DNA of 36,032 nt from Priapulus caudatus (taxonomy: Eukaryota). Below are positions 22,781 through 35,300 of the stretch, piece after piece (positions within the stretch are counted from its first letter, which is position 1; each line of letters begins with the position of its first letter). Location of the stretch: positions 1,150,637-1,186,668 of the forward strand of contig NW_014577066.1 of assembly GCF_000485595.1 (NCBI RefSeq), given 5' to 3'. Below the pieces are notes generated by a model. That model was not told where the DNA came from. It made no database searches and saw only the letters and a program-made list of their open reading frames with translations. The position numbers were made by a program, and so were the translations under genes.

Positions 22781-23282
22781 GCACGATAATTCTTGGCACG
22801 AACTTGCTCGGTGCAACGTTTAGTCTTGCACGTTTCGAGGGTGAAGGGTTGGAAGGATGGACCAGGCTCCTCTTCTGTGGTACTGCGTGAGATGTCGTAG
22901 CCTCCGCCACTTCTGTGCGTTCAACGAAGCGCACGTGAATAACTTTAAAATCGGGTATCTGTTTCGCTGAATAGCATGACGGTCCTTGCTCTCCAGCGAG
23001 AACATCACAACACATCAGTTCTTGTGGAATGTCAAAATGCTTGATGCAAGCACTCTTGATGTTGTCCACTGTAAATTCTTCATATTCGTTGAAGGCCACA
23101 AATTCTCTGGCACCTACTCTCGCATACTTCTGTGCCTTTCCAGAAACTTCAGCGCTCAGTCGCTGCACGACTATGGTGTCGTCGTCTGGCGTCTCACGTG
23201 TCGGCTTCTCCTTTCCTGTTTTCTTCTTCATACGTTTTGCGTTTATCTCTTTCTTGAATTTATTCCATTCATGTTCCGCCAT
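22776..23282 (-). pseudogene. 3'-truncated non-retroviral ORF (168 aa) inserted in the Gypsy 3' region
   Basis: ATG-initiated, protein-like ORF (QRLSAEVSGKAQKYARVGAREFV...IKSACIKHF...CDVLAGEQGPSC...IHVRFV) that runs into the repeat terminus. From memory it resembles N-termini of multicopy invertebrate alpha-kinase-domain proteins (unverified). Confidence 0.6.
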
Positions 23283-24199
23283 CGTGAAAAGACTTCAACT
23301 ACTACTACTACTACTATGTGAATACGTGCACTATGATCGCGATATGTGACCTAAAACTTTCCTTAACTAAGGTACCCTTAACAAACTTCACTAACGCGCG
23401 TGTAAACATTAAATTCAAACCAACACGTTGATAAACACAGCTAATGATACTCGTAAGGGCCTTACTCGAATTCAAACGTAGGCCTGCATGCGTGTACGAC
23501 ACTACACTATGTGCTCAGCGCTAATCTTACGCGTAGTGCTAATTCGAGCCGCCACGAGAAAGGCTGAATTATAGGGAAAAGGCACGGACATAATATGAAG
23601 GAGATACAAAGGATCTCTCAGCGTCTCGTCCATGCGTCTCCCAGTAAACGTGTGAGCCAATTCATCCGGGTCGTATCTCTTCTTGATTCGGCAGGCTCTT
23701 GTACAATGACAATGGGCACCATTAGATGCGCCCTTCTTGGAGCCGTCGTTATGACATCGACTTCCACTATCGTATCGCTAGGCTCGCTCACGTTGCCTTC
23801 ATGCGCAGTTAATCTTTTACTGCCTGTGTCGGGGAACTTGATTCCTCGCTTGCTTTTCGTCTTCTGGCCGAGTGCTCACTGCCGGTATCCTCTTCTAAAT
23901 CTGATTCCACATTAAAGCTAGTGGATTCGTTTTCCGACTCCGATGGGTTGTAGATGATCGTCTCATCATCACTTTCGCCAAGTTGCTGAGTGGTGTTAGG
24001 CTCCTGACCCTCAATGTCCCTTGCAGATGAATCCTTCGCGATTGGATCAACTGCACGAGACATTGGCGGCTGCGGTTGCTCCGTAGAATCCGCTGAAGCC
24101 TGTGCCTTGGGCGTTGTGATGAAATGACTTAGGGGAAGTTCGTCTTTCTCATCGAACTCATCATTACCACTACCCTCCTCGTCAGGTGGATATGCCAAT

Positions 24200-25718
24200 G
24201 TCGCTGCCGACGTCCTCTCTCTGGCACATCTTCTTGCTGTGTCGGCTTGCTGCAGTCCCACCTAGCTTGTGGGTGCGCTGCCCGAATGTTTTCCACGTAC
24301 GAGATCACTTCTCGCGTCGTAATCTCGTGTTGGATCAGGTATTTTTTCGGCGTCAATACCTGAATCACCGTGTAGTACGGCTGCCAGGGCGACCCAGGTT
24401 TCCTTATAGTGTTAGGCTTTAACACTGGATCATGGTAGTATACCGGATCTCCTACTTCGAAGTCTAATAGGTGTTGTTCGAAGGTTTGGCTGAAAATGAT
24501 TATGTTATCTATGTATTGAATGGCACACCTGTGATGTAATCCATTTAATACGGTATCTAATAATCTTTGATAAACGCTAGGCGCGTTTGATAAGCCAAAT
24601 GAAAGGACATATCTTCTGGAATGCACCTCTGCAGGTGATAAAACAAATCTTGGCTTTGTCCTCCTCTGCCATTGCTATTTGGAAGTAGCCCGACTTTAGG
24701 TCAAGAGTTGAATAAAAACGTGAGTTTCCTAACGATCCAAGGATATCTTGTATATACAGGGTAATTGATAATATGTGTCCTTCTTTGTGACCTTGTTAAG
24801 CTACCTGTAGTCTATGACCATTCGTCATTCAGGTTCATCTTTCTTGTGAACGATGAAGGTTGGACTTGCCCACGCGCTATTGCTGGGTTCTATTATCTTG
24901 GCTTCTTATAGCTGATTCACATGATGATCAATCATAGGTCGATAATTAATCGGTGTTCAATATGGCGTGTCGTATAGGTGGGTGTCCTTCGGTGTCTATT
25001 GTCATCGTTACTAAGTTGGTACGTCCTAGGTCAAGACTGCTTTCAGCAAACAAGTCGCTGTTTTGCATTAATAGCTCCTCTAGAGCTCCACGCTGATGTA
25101 CTGGTACGTGATCAAGGTTGACCTTGGGTAGAGTAGGCGTTGATAAATTTTCTTTATGTTTATTGCTTGTCACATAGTGTGCACCTGCATGTTTAGATGC
25201 CTTTTCTATCTTGACGAATGCTATCTGTTTTTCATTAACTGATTGGACCAAGGCGATGACACTATTATTGTCAAACGAATATATTGTGTCTGTAGTATTG
25301 ACCATCGGAAACTTGATACAATGAGCCTTGTTAACAATGACTAATGTTTCTACAGGGAATATACCTGGCTGATCTCGCAGTGCAGGTAACACATCTGTTC
25401 CTGTAATCACTACTGTTGTGTTGGCAGGTACGCCTTTTCTTAACTTGCCTTCGCAGATGACGACCGTACGTGGCAGAATCTGTACTTTTTTCTTGAGTAG
25501 AACAAGCTGAATATGTTTATCCTCTTGTTCTGCTAACGCTGTCTTTAATGTGACTACTGATCTTCCCACTGATAAAATGCCTTTTTGACAATCGATCCTC
25601 ATACCGACTGTCTTCATGAAGTCATAACCTAATATGGCTGCTTTACGTAGGTGTGCGACTATTTGAAATCAAAATTTCGTACGGTAGCGTCCAATAACAA
25701 GTGGGATTGTCACTTCTC
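24200..25718 (-). pseudogene. pol: Degenerate Gypsy pol: protease C-terminus, linker, partial RT fused to the integrase GPY/F-type tail
   Basis: Motifs AILGYDF, DLFAESSLDLGRT, IIEPSNSAWASP, STLDLKSGYFQI, FGLSNAPSVYQR and YIDN (dead YxDD), then directly FEVGDPVYY...WQPYYTVIQV. Stops and frameshifts are present. Confidence 0.9.
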
Positions 25719-26804
25719 CTATGATCTGCATTGCCTCCAGCGGTGACCTACTTTACCGCAGGCCAAACATATTGGCTGGTTGTTTGAAGTCCACTGATAA
25801 CAAACGCCAGGTGGTGGTGCGTATTGTGGTCTTTCGAATGGCTCCCTCATTACCGTACGCTGCCACGCTGCGCTACTTTGAGAATTAGGGCACGTAGACT
25901 GCCTCCACGTCGCTGGTTGACGCTGCATATATGGTTGGTCGCCAGTCGTGCCTCGTATCGTGCCTCGTATCGTGCCTCGTGCCTCGTATCGTGCCTCGTA
26001 TCGTGCCTCGTATGCCTCGTATCTTGCCTGCTGTGCTGTGCGCGGGGTGTTTCCCTTGTTATATGACGGCTGTGGCTTTGATACTATGGCCATTAGCTCC
26101 GCTACGATGCCACGAATTTCTTGAATCTCTTTATGGGTGATGGGCACAGTTTCCACGTTATCTACCTCCATGGCCTTTAATTCGTCAAGTCGTGCTCTAC
26201 GCATTCTTACTTCTTGGTCGATAGATGCCTCTCTGATAGCAAGTTCCGCTGCTTTTTCGAGTGTGGGGAAACGGCCGCTAATTAATTCTCTTTTAATCTC
26301 TACTGATCTTATTCCATCTACGAATTGTTCCACCACTTGAGACTGAACGAAGGCATCTTTATACGCGTGCTCCCCAAATCCTGCTCTAGCCTCTGCCTCT
26401 AGGCGCTTGGCAAAGGTAGACACAGTTTCGTGACGTTCCTGCCTGTCGCGCTTAAATTTCTTTAGAGAAACCGCCATGTGCGTGTTATCTTCGTATTGCA
26501 TAGGACCAAGCTGTGTCCAGCCAATTTCCGGTGTACAATATAAGGTATCAGACACGAATTTAGCGGCTTCTCCTGTCAGAAGACACACATCCAAATGCGC
26601 TGATTTCAAATCATCATCTTCTCCTACAATCAGAGCTAATCGTTGCAAACTCCTCCACTCATCGACGGTAATTAACCCTTCTTCTTCCCCAGAAAACGCT
26701 TGAGAAATGGTGAAAGCACTCAATGCCTTTACCACTTTAATTAGTAACCCCACTTGCAGGACGGAGGTGCGCGATGGTGTCTGCTGAGAGGCGGTTAGAT
26801 CCAT
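25719..26804 (-). CDS. gag: Gypsy Gag-like protein with C-terminal CCHC zinc knuckle (probably decayed)
   Basis: 361-aa ORF with Q...ETVSTFAKRL...EQFVDGI...TLEKAAELA and CLACGKVGHRWRQC (C-X2-C-X4-H-X4-C). Confidence 0.88.
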   Translation of the reverse strand: MDLTASQQTPSRTSVLQVGLLIKVVKALSAFTISQAFSGEEEGLITVDEWRSLQRLALIVGEDDDLKSAHLDVCLLTGEAAKFVSDTLYCTPEIGWTQLGPMQYEDNTHMAVSLKKFKRDRQERHETVSTFAKRLEAEARAGFGEHAYKDAFVQSQVVEQFVDGIRSVEIKRELISGRFPTLEKAAELAIREASIDQEVRMRRARLDELKAMEVDNVETVPITHKEIQEIRGIVAELMAIVSKPQPSYNKGNTPRTAQQARYEAYEARYEARYEARGTIRGTIRGTTGDQPYMQRQPATWRQSTCPNSQSSAAWQRTVMREPFERPQYAPPPGVCYQWTSNNQPICLACGKVGHRWRQCRS

Positions 26805-27679
26805 GACGGGGATAGAATTAGGTAACAGATCGTACAGCGAATTATTCCCTTACAACCGTGAACGGCTAGAATATTAACTCTTAGGTTGTTATACGTTATA
26901 CAATATACATTAACAAGCTGAGCACTATATACGTGTATATGCCGTACCCAAATTATGCATGCCTTCTAGACCGGTTCATGGGGGGTGGGGGAAGTGGCTA
27001 CGCGCTGGTGCGCGCTGATGCGTGCCGCTGTTGTGTTGCCGCCGCTCAAGGTCGCGTTGTCTGTTCTCGCTGCATGCGTGCTAGAACATGTACACGCAGG
27101 TCCGACACTGTAGGCCTACAGTAAGTTTCTTAAGAGTTTCGGACGATGGGATGGTAATGTTGCTGTCACTGCCGCCGTTGACGATACTGCCTCTGTCGAC
27201 GTTGACGGTGACACTGACGATGACGCTGATGTTACTGCTGACGCTCGGATGTCGCTGCTGCTGTTATTGCTGTTACTGTTACTGCTGACGCCGATGCTGA
27301 CGCTGGTGTTCACGCTGCGGCGATCGACGTTGTTGCTGCTGGCTTAAACCGACCAGGCTCTCCGACTGTTACACGACAGCTCTATTACACGACGTCCTCT
27401 CGCCACGTAGTGTTAAGCGAGATGGGAACTTGTGGCTACTGCTGGCTCTGATAATGCTGCGGTCGACGTTGACGATGGAAAGCTGCCGTCGCTGTTGACG
27501 ATGACGCTAATGCTGATGCTAGCACTCGAATGTCGACATTACAGTTCTGGATACTTCGGTGCTGACGTCGATGCTACAATGTGTAACATATTACTCACGT
27601 AGTCATTCGCCGTTACTGTATCTTTCTTGTTTCACTGTTTCCCGCTCGCACTGCCGACTCCTTCCGCACGAATCGAAAT

Positions 27680-27695
27680 GGTCGAAACTACACCA
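27680..27695 (-). promoter_or_regulatory. Putative primer-binding site of the Gypsy element
   Basis: The - strand reads LTR end ...CCATTTCA, then C, then TGGTGTAGTTTCGACC. Cognate tRNA not identified. Confidence 0.7.
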
Positions 27696-27696
27696 G

Positions 27697-28228
27697 TGAA
27701 ATGGCGTTTAGGGTATGGCCGCAGTTGTGATGTACAATCCTTGCGTTGTGTTCTTGATTCGTCGTAGATGTGTGATCGTATTTTAATGTATTAGTATAAA
27801 CCCAATTCGTTGTTCGTTTCGTGTTTGCGTTTCCGCTTGAAGGATGTCACTGATTGTCAGCTTCTCTTGTTTCTCGTGCGACGTAAGGACGAGTGACGAT
27901 GAAGATCACAGTAAAGATGACACGTCTTTGTTGTAACAGATTAGATAATTTATTCTACTCAGTGATTCCAAATACAGATTATATACGTCTGATTACACAC
28001 TACACAAAACCCGCGGCTGAAAACTATCACTGCCGTGCGGCGACATATGTATTTACTCCCAGCCTGAAAAGCTCTCTCTCGTGTGACGTACGCATTTGCT
28101 TTCTTCTTAATCGCGTGGCGATCAGTCACGCGCGACGAGTGTGGTTATTCCAGAACCTTCTACGGAAATATCGTCACGCACGACGAGTGACGTTCTCGAA
28201 CCATCTACGGAAATGACGCAGTGCTTGC
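27697..28228 (-). repeat. 5' LTR of the Gypsy element, outer ~30 bp lost or interrupted
   Basis: Aligns with the 3' LTR up to GTGCTTGC (28228), then becomes unrelated sequence. Confidence 0.85.
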
Positions 28229-28639
28229 TGGCGCTGACCCACTGGCGTAAACCCACAGACTAACGGATACACAGACTGGACACTTCTTATACCCTGCTTG
28301 TTAAGCGTTTCGATGATGCTGCCCCTGGCGAATGAAGCGGTCAACTACTCGAAATGGCATCAGCTGGCGGTTATTGCAGTGCGGGAAATTCAGAGTCTAA
28401 TGGTTCGATGCGGTGCGTGCAGGAGGGATCTACATAATACAGGAACCGGTACCATGACCGGTAAGTGTGGAGAGAGCCAGCCAGCAGCCAGCCAGTATAG
28501 ACATATAAACTGTACATGTTAACTGTATCTGTCTGGCTGTCTGACAAAATTTATATGAAAATAATTCTTGCCTATATACTGATACTGATAGACTAATCAG
28601 AAGCTGATCATGCCCAAACACATTAGTCATAGCTAACCA

Positions 28640-29239
28640 AAATCCAAAATAGAACGATTCGATTCCAAAATCGAACGATTCTATTACATAATTGAATGGT
28701 TTGATTCCAAAACCGAATGGTTTGATGCCAGGATCGAATGGTTTGATTCTCTTTTCTGATATAAAATCAAATAATGTGAACATTTAAAACAGTAAATGCC
28801 TAATACAATCGAATTAACAGGCATGGTATCAATTGATGCAATTATACGTTTGGCAGGGAATTATTGTCGATTTATTGCATATAATTATAACATAGGATTA
28901 AATAATCAAATATATGCGATAAATCAAATGTTATATGCAATAAATCAAATGCTATATGTGATAAATCGAATGTTATATGTGATAAATCAAATGTTATATG
29001 TGATAAATCAAATGTTATATGTGATAAATTGAATGTTATATGTGATAAAATCGACCATAAAACAAAAAATCGAATTATGAAACAAAAAACATGCCATACA
29101 CTTTGCCTGTCACTTAATTGTCAAGTAATTAAACCATAAGCAGAACCAGCTGTAACAAAGGTCGAAGTGCATTGTGGGCTATGGCAGCGATAGTGCTATG
29201 GCAGTAATAGTTGAAAGTCGTTTTGATTTAAAAAAATAA
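28640..29239. mobile_element. Subterminal region of the TACCGTGG repeat family with two 21-bp tandem arrays
   Basis: (CCAAAATCGAATGGTTTGATT)-like array ~28640-28750 and (GATAAATCAAATGTTATATGT) array ~28900-29048, followed by the reverse complement of ~22610-22780 running into a gap. Confidence 0.65.
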
Positions 29240-30618
29240 NNNNNNNNNNNNNNNNNNNNNNNNNNNNNNNNNNNNNNNNNNNNNNNNNNNNNNNNNNNNN
29301 NNNNNNNNNNNNNNNNNNNNNNNNNNNNNNNNNNNNNNNNNNNNNNNNNNNNNNNNNNNNNNNNNNNNNNNNNNNNNNNNNNNNNNNNNNNNNNNNNNNN
29401 NNNNNNNNNNNNNNNNNNNNNNNNNNNNNNNNNNNNNNNNNNNNNNNNNNNNNNNNNNNNNNNNNNNNNNNNNNNNNNNNNNNNNNNNNNNNNNNNNNNN
29501 NNNNNNNNNNNNNNNNNNNNNNNNNNNNNNNNNNNNNNNNNNNNNNNNNNNNNNNNNNNNNNNNNNNNNNNNNNNNNNNNNNNNNNNNNNNNNNNNNNNN
29601 NNNNNNNNNNNNNNNNNNNNNNNNNNNNNNNNNNNNNNNNNNNNNNNNNNNNNNNNNNNNNNNNNNNNNNNNNNNNNNNNNNNNNNNNNNNNNNNNNNNN
29701 NNNNNNNNNNNNNNNNNNNNNNNNNNNNNNNNNNNNNNNNNNNNNNNNNNNNNNNNNNNNNNNNNNNNNNNNNNNNNNNNNNNNNNNNNNNNNNNNNNNN
29801 NNNNNNNNNNNNNNNNNNNNNNNNNNNNNNNNNNNNNNNNNNNNNNNNNNNNNNNNNNNNNNNNNNNNNNNNNNNNNNNNNNNNNNNNNNNNNNNNNNNN
29901 NNNNNNNNNNNNNNNNNNNNNNNNNNNNNNNNNNNNNNNNNNNNNNNNNNNNNNNCGCCCATTTACTACTTTCAAATCATTACGCTGTTTACTAAACTAA
30001 GTTCACGTATTTATCATGAATTTTATCATGCTTGCCAATATACCTAATTCTCGAACATTGTCTTTGATACATTTTTGCGTATTCAGCTTAAAACATCTAA
30101 ATTTGTCCACCAACAAACATGCAAATCATAGAAATTTCTAATGTTTTGTTCGACGGCGACTTCGCCGCCGTTGGATTGCCATTCGCTGGATTTCCCCAGA
30201 GCTCCGCCCACTTTAAAAATAGTGCTAGCATTGTGGCAGTGGTATTATCCTGAGTGTGGGAAGGGGCACTGCATGCAGTTTGTGAAAAGACCTCCAAAGC
30301 AAAAACCACACTCCGCTCAACACAACAACTTAAAGCCACGTGACGAAGTGTCACTTTTATAGCATATTTTTTGTTTCATAATTCGATTTTTTGTTTTATT
30401 TGATGTTTGTCGATTCGTTTTGTTTTGTTTAATGTTTTCTTCGATGTATTTATGGGCTAAAATCACATATGCATGTTTAAATGTTACCTTTGATATTTTT
30501 CCTTTATATTCGATTCACATCGAAGACATTCATATTAGCAGATCACATTATTAAATCACGCGAATTAAATGGCTTGATTGACCGGATCGAAAACTTCAAT
30601 TCACGGATNNNNNNNNNN

Positions 30619-31160
30619 GAGACGGAGGTCAAAGAAAGCCGTGACTCGAGATGGCGCCGTGTAGCTGGAAGCCTGGTCATTAATCCCTGAATCCTTGCGC
30701 ATTGTGACAGCCTAGACACTGACCAGATGATCTATGACATCAGGGCCAGAATCGACCATGGAGTCACGCCAAGTGGCGTGCGCACCGCGCATCCCGCCAC
30801 CATATTAGGTAGCGGGAGATAGCAGTGGGAATCCGCACTCTGCCGTGTTCGGGAGGGCCGGTTGGTCAGAGTTGGGAGCTAAATGGGATCTGTGACGTAA
30901 GGGAAGAAACGCGATCGCGGACCGGGGCGCGCCGTATAAATAGCGGAAGCCACCGTTCTCGGGACAGGCTCTTGTGCCAGCCACCCGCTGAGGAAGGTGT
31001 AGTGTGTAGTAACCGCTCTTGCTTTCGGTAGTACACGGAGACCTCGTGTATTGTATTAGAGATTGAGTAAAACACTAGTGAACGCTACTTCTTGTCTTGT
31101 CTTATCTCTATCAGTCTACTACAAACCTTCTACTAAGGTAGCGCGAATCACGCGCCTACA
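30619..31160 (+). mobile_element. Probable solo LTR of a second retrotransposon family
   Basis: GC-rich block with TATAAATA (~30935), AGTAAA (~31066) and a ...CCTACA end before AT-rich flank. The left end is probably in the gap and no TSD is confirmable. Confidence 0.55.
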
Positions 31161-32117
31161 ATATATATAAATATATACCCAGATATATTTTTCACCAGAG
31201 TTTCCCACAGAGCATGATAGGTACTAGATTTATCACGTGTTGCATGTTATATACGTTTGCAAATAATAAATTCGTTAGGACGGCAGTGACAGATGCAGTG
31301 ACTCACTGACTGCTGTGCACACGAACAGAGACTGTACTTATTGATTGTTTAATCATATGTAATCATAGTATCAATGTAAACTAATACAAGATACAATCTT
31401 GTGAAGCTAACAGTTAAAAATTAGGCAAAACACTACTTGGTTCGGTGATCTGTGTAATTCTGCTGCCCTTTGTTCTGTGAAAAATACCAGTTTAAACGAT
31501 ATGCAATTTGTAAATAATTAATACACCACATCATTACATGACACATGTAGATGATCATGTACATAGACTTCGGAAGTGGATCTGCAACATGAGAAGAGCC
31601 GACATTGACGGGTTAAAATACAGCCAATGCAAATATCTGCTAATTTGCGAGGATCATTTTGAGGCATCTAAATTTATGTGTCTAGCTGACAAAAGTAAAA
31701 ATTACTGGCTGCTTTGAAATGTGATATGCTGTATCTATTTAAAAATATAACTATTATTAGTATGGGAAATTAATAAAATACATTGTTTTCTCTGCTTCTC
31801 GTCGTGTGACTCATGGGTATCATGTACCAGGCTTGATTTCATGAAACATACATAAACAGAAAAATACGTTTGAGAAATATTTACTGCTGGGCACTGCAGT
31901 ATATCATTATTGCTTATGACAATATCAAAACTAAACCAACACATGCTGAATAATTTTGCTAATAAAAAATTCAAACTGTCTGTATTTTACCTTATTTTCC
32001 ATAATTCCTTCACCCGATTCCTTCCACCTTTATTAAAAATACAAGGGTAGGTCAAAAAATTTAAGAGGCTAAGAAAGGATGTAGTTCCATCTCTGATAGA
32101 AGTCAGTAACCCTCCTG

Positions 32118-32349
32118 CACTGGCGTAGCTAAGGGGGGGCACAAGGGGGCCATGGCCCTGTTGATTGGCAAACAAAATAAAAAAAAAATTTTCCTTGCCT
32201 CACGCGTCTTTACAGGACTGGCCACAATTCCTCTTACTTCTGCATCTGCTGAACGAACATTCTCTAAAATGAGCATTGTCAAGTCTAAACTTCGTTCTAC
32301 AATGACCCAGCCACGATTCTCTGCTCTCATTCTCCTTTTCGTTGAACAA
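32118..32349 (+). mobile_element. Internally deleted hAT transposon remnant (TIR plus C-terminal dimerisation domain)
   Basis: CACTGGCGTAGCTAAGGGGGGGC resembles CAGTGGCGTAGC-type hAT ends. ATIPLTSASAERTFSKMSIVKSKLRSTMTQPRFSALILL is the hATC motif. Confidence 0.85.
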
Positions 32350-35300
32350 ATTGGACATATCAAAAAAGTCTGGGTAGACTTTTGCTACCCCGGCAGTAAC
32401 CGAGAAAATGACGTCATAAGCCACGCCTATTTTCCGCTCAGCTGGTTGTATGTTTCAGGGGTAGGGGAAACATAAATTGCTGTATCTTGGTATATATATA
32501 TATCACAGAACAACAAGATATACCTTAAAATGTTTGTATTTAAGTCATCTATAATACACACATAGATTATGCGAATTAATATGCAAATGAAGTCACCAGA
32601 AGTCAAAAGGTCAAAAGAAACTTGTACAAGTAAAAATATTTCATTTTGACGATCACATGCTCCAAAAGAATCATACAAAGTGTCATGTTTTGGGTTACCC
32701 AGCATGGATACTTAGAAAAGATGCTTCTGATTATTTCGTGTTTGACCAATAACCTTTTTAGGCCTATTTGTGTTACATAACTCAAAGAAAAAGAACATCA
32801 AAACACTTAAGTGCCTGAGGTTTAATTTCTAAATCATCGGCAGGAATGGCATTTATGTCTGATATCGAGCAAACGTAGACAAGTGCATGGTTTAGCTCAA
32901 CAATTTAGCCCACCTTTTCACGTGACTAGTTTAATGTACCAGATGGATTTTGACATTGCTCAGCTTCTTCAACAGACTGAACACTTAGGCATGCGCAAAA
33001 ACTAATGCAAGGCAGTCCTTTTTTGCGACATGCACATCTGACGCTGACATCTGCAAATGACTGTGTATTCCTCAGGAATTGATCACACAGCTTTCACAGG
33101 CACTAGAATTTTATCTGCTTCCTTAAAGCCAAAGACAGTAGGATCTAGTTTTCTTGGTTTATGAGGCGGCAACAAAGTCATTATGTGGTAGGTTGAGTAA
33201 TATGCCCTCAGGATGTGCTGCTGTATTGCATGGCTAGTTAGGGGAAGTTGCTCCAACGATATACCTTTACTGTAATGGTACATGTAGTCTCTAAGTCTAT
33301 TCATTGTCTTGCAATTGGTGTTCTTTTTGATGACTTGTACGAGGTACTCTTCACAGGATGTCATGATGGTCTCACTACAGCTTGTTCCATAATCAAAATT
33401 ATTCAAGAACTCTTAAGGATAGGATTAATATTATTGAAGGCCGCATGCTTTGTTCCCACCTTGCTTGTATAGTCGCAACCAGTCAACGTATGGAGAAGTC
33501 GCAGCACATAGCACAACTCTAGCCCGACTCTTGATGCTAAGGTGTGAACTGGGATGTATCTTGTCTAATCCCCAACACCAGCTCTGAGCCAGATTTCACT
33601 TAGGCCAATGGAGTAAAGAACATTCCAGTAGTGCATGAGAAGTATGAAGACATCGGTGTCACTCGACAGGACAACAATTCGTCTTGCTCCGTTTTTTACT
33701 GCATGCATTGCATGGGGGATTATGCGAGCATCAGCCTCTTCAATATCTTGACAAAATTCTGGAATTTCTGCTGAACAACCATCCTAAACTGACTGGCAGA
33801 CAACAACGTCTGAGTCCCCAGAAAAGCCACTGGCTACAACTTGGAGTTTGGAAGGTTGCTCCATCCTGCGCTTTATTGTGTGCTCATGAAGCAGCATCTA
33901 GAGCTTCAACTTATTTTCGCTTGATGCCCAAAATCTGTCCATCTCAACAAGCAGTGGTGTGTCGCAGTTGATGATATTTATCTCAATGGGTGCTTTCACT
34001 TGACGCCGCTTTCTCTCTGAATCTTAGATGGATTCTTCAACATAGGAATTAAAGATCAAGTCTGATCTGTCAGCCCTCGACCGATTGCAGCGACGTAGTC
34101 CAGAAAATGTTCACAGAAGTCTCCGAATGTCCGTAGGTCTTTTGTTTTTAGCTTTCTAACGTTGGCCATCATATTAACTAAACATGCTGTTTGCATTTTA
34201 GAGTTCGGTTGCCGGCTCTCTCCCATCATCATTTGTAAGTTTGGCTTCTAGTTCCTGTACCAGTGCACTTTTCACAGGTTTGGTCATTAGCCCTTCTTGA
34301 TCTAACAAATAGGACGAAGGGGACACATCATATTGCAACAGCTCTTCCATTGTTTGTCTACGGGCACGCGCTATCTCAATCAATTTTTTCATATAGGAGT
34401 CTTTTTTTTTTCCTGAGGATTTTCTTTTGACTTCTTTTTCTGGCCTATGGATGCTGAGAAACGTCTTCAGGTTGGTTCTATGGATGGTTGAGGAGAATCT
34501 CATTAACTTGTCAATAAATCGCTCCTTTCTAAGTGTGTCATAGGCTTTGGTTCCGATTTCTTTGACCAAAAGTAGCTGGCTTCTGATATCTTCAGACATG
34601 ACTTCTTGGGTCAAAATGTTATGAAGTTTCACTTGTTCAGGAGTCAACTAGAACGGATTCTCATTCCGCTGTATTGTTGTAAGTATGTCTTGAACTTTTT
34701 GTTCCCCCGTTGCTATCTTAGCTTTGCTGATAGCACTTTCCTCCGACAGGTTTTTGGTCACTCCACACAAGTTCCTGTGCAAATTGTCGATGGCCAGCAT
34801 TTCATGGTAGATCAGCTTCCACATTGCTACGAACTTCTTCTTCCGGGTGTTTCCAATTATACCAGAGGCACTCTTTTGGGATCTATTTATGGTTTGTTCC
34901 AAGGCCATATCAGCCAACCCCAACTGCATTGAACCTTCCAGGGGTTTGCTTGACCACAAATTTGCCTGCCTTAAATTCTTCAAATATGAATAGTGCCGTT
35001 TCAGGTAGCTTGCGCATGTCCTCTAAATACAGCAAACACCATCTCAGGTAGTTGGTGGAATCAAAAGCTGCCATTACAGGAAGAAGGGCCTGAACTGCCT
35101 GGAGATGAAGATCCCAATCCCCCTACATCAAAGAAGGCATAGGGCCATCTGTTGTAGAAGAAATGAATGATTAAACAAATATGCCTTTCGATTTTTTACT
35201 TTTTTTGATCTGATGTTGTATAACATTATGAAACATGAAAGGGTTAAAGATGCATATTGATAGGCTTGGGTGGATCTAATATAAAGAGTTCATGCAGTAT

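Larger units (their letters stand above)
21775..28228 (-). mobile_element. Internally deleted Ty3/Gypsy LTR retrotransposon
   Basis: Two LTR copies (21775-22338 and 27697-28228), a PBS-like TGGTG next to the right LTR, a PPT-like tract next to the left LTR, gag with a CCHC knuckle, and protease/RT/integrase-tail remnants in Gypsy order. Confidence 0.92.

Noticed and set aside
22569..29239. Inward-facing copies of the TACCGTGG family as TIRs of one macro-transposon enclosing most of the Gypsy
   Set aside because: The left copy sits inside the Gypsy between its own direct repeats and the right terminus is hidden in a gap. Independent insertions are simpler.
29196..29975. Long ORFs spanning N runs (also 7121-7858)
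   Set aside because: They are artefacts of ambiguous bases.
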